A stretch of 61,842 nucleotides of DNA, counting the filler. It is 6 parts of 6 records of this genome, joined end to end, with 100 filler letters (N's around TTAATTAATTAA, not from the genome) between each part and the next. Parts side by side here need not be neighbours in the genome. Positions count along the whole stretch, not along the records: positions 56,835 to 61,842 come from SRR22947727_2982; 5 more parts are not named here. The stretch is one strand, 5' to 3'. The translations under genes were made by a program, and so were the position numbers. Position 1 is the first letter of the stretch; the number at the start of each line of letters is the position of its first letter. The notes beneath the pieces were generated by a model that had not been told where the DNA came from, ran no database searches, and was given only the letters and a program-made list of their open reading frames with translations. Below are positions 61,412 through 61,842 of this stretch, piece after piece.

Positions 61412-61842
61412 ATGAGTCATCAACCTCAAAGCGGACGCGCCGTAGGCGTTATGCCATTTAGCAAATACTCAGCTTTTAAGCCGATCGATTTACCTGATCG
61501 TCAATGGCCGAGCAAAATCATTCAGCAAGCACCCCGTTGGTGCAGTGTGGATCTCAGAGACGGTAATCAAGCTCTGATAGATCCAATGAACGTAGATGAA
61601 AAGTTGCGCCTTTGGGACATGCTCTTAGAAATCGGCTTCGCGGAAATAGAAGTGGGCTTTCCAGCAGCTTCACAACCAGACTTTGACTTTATTCGCCGGA
61701 TTATTGATGAAGACAGAATTCCTGAAGGTGTGAGTATCCAAATCCTTTGTCAGGCGCGTGAAGAATTAATTAAGAAGTCCGTTGAGGCGCTTGAGGGTGC
61801 GCCGAGTGTCATTTTCCACCGTACTTGGCAGATTAATGATCA
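61412..61842 (+). CDS. leuA: 2-isopropylmalate synthase (yeast/actinobacterial-type LeuA), truncated by window end
   Basis: Manual translation: KY..F.PIDLPDRQWPSK.I..APRWCSVDLRDGNQALIDPM...GF.EIEVGFPAASQPDFDF; AGGA RBS. Confidence 0.95.
   Translation, partial: MSHQPQSGRAVGVMPFSKYSAFKPIDLPDRQWPSKIIQQAPRWCSVDLRDGNQALIDPMNVDEKLRLWDMLLEIGFAEIEVGFPAASQPDFDFIRRIIDEDRIPEGVSIQILCQAREELIKKSVEALEGAPSVIFHRTWQIND

Noticed and set aside
61820-61842. leuA reads FHRTWQIND where the family has HLYNSTS
   Set aside because: Only the last ~23 nt of the window; most likely a low-quality or chimeric contig end and cannot be interpreted

Overview
The window is not one locus. It is six unrelated contigs joined by artificial 100-nt spacers (N-run + TTAATTAATTAA + N-run) at 12034-12133, 19400-19499, 27322-27421, 41787-41886 and 56735-56834. 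Taxonomic labels below are inferences from composition and gene order. (1) 1-12033, AT-rich marine alphaproteobacterium-like: methylated-amine cluster with tmm, tdm, tmoX/tmoW, an IclR regulator, a choline-kinase-like gene and a divergent FAD-oxidoreductase/GS/amidotransferase/GXGXG operon; three promoters share a palindromic operator candidate. (2) 12134-19399, GC-richer gammaproteobacterium-like: a ~710-nt non-coding stretch packed with about 20 nested hairpins, directly upstream of the N-terminal domain of a phage-integrase-type tyrosine recombinase. That domain is fused in frame to a TRAP DctP C-terminus, followed by dctQ, a frameshifted dctM, a TonB-dependent receptor, TetR and a Baeyer-Villiger monooxygenase. 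(3) 19500-27321, SAR86-like: bamA-skp-lpxD-fabZ-lpxA-lpxB-rnhB-dnaE. (4) 27422-41786, AT-rich actinobacterium-like (Actinomarina-like): rph-rdgB-lipoprotein-cimA-acs-thioesterase, six tRNAs, tig-clpP-clpX-valS-folC-ndk-mreB, with an unannotated Ile-rich leader-peptide attenuator before cimA. (5) 41887-56734, AT-rich alphaproteobacterium: dcw cluster ftsW to lpxC, fumC, gpmA, sspB, a GcvT-family dehydrogenase and a rhodanese fragment. (6) 56835-61842, gammaproteobacterium-like: purL, NUDIX, gamma-carbonic anhydrase, purT, a Leu-rich leader ORF and leuA. Best candidate for an undescribed system: the large structured element coupled to the recombinase gene (12204-13179). All structures were paired by eye; no searches or folding programs were run.
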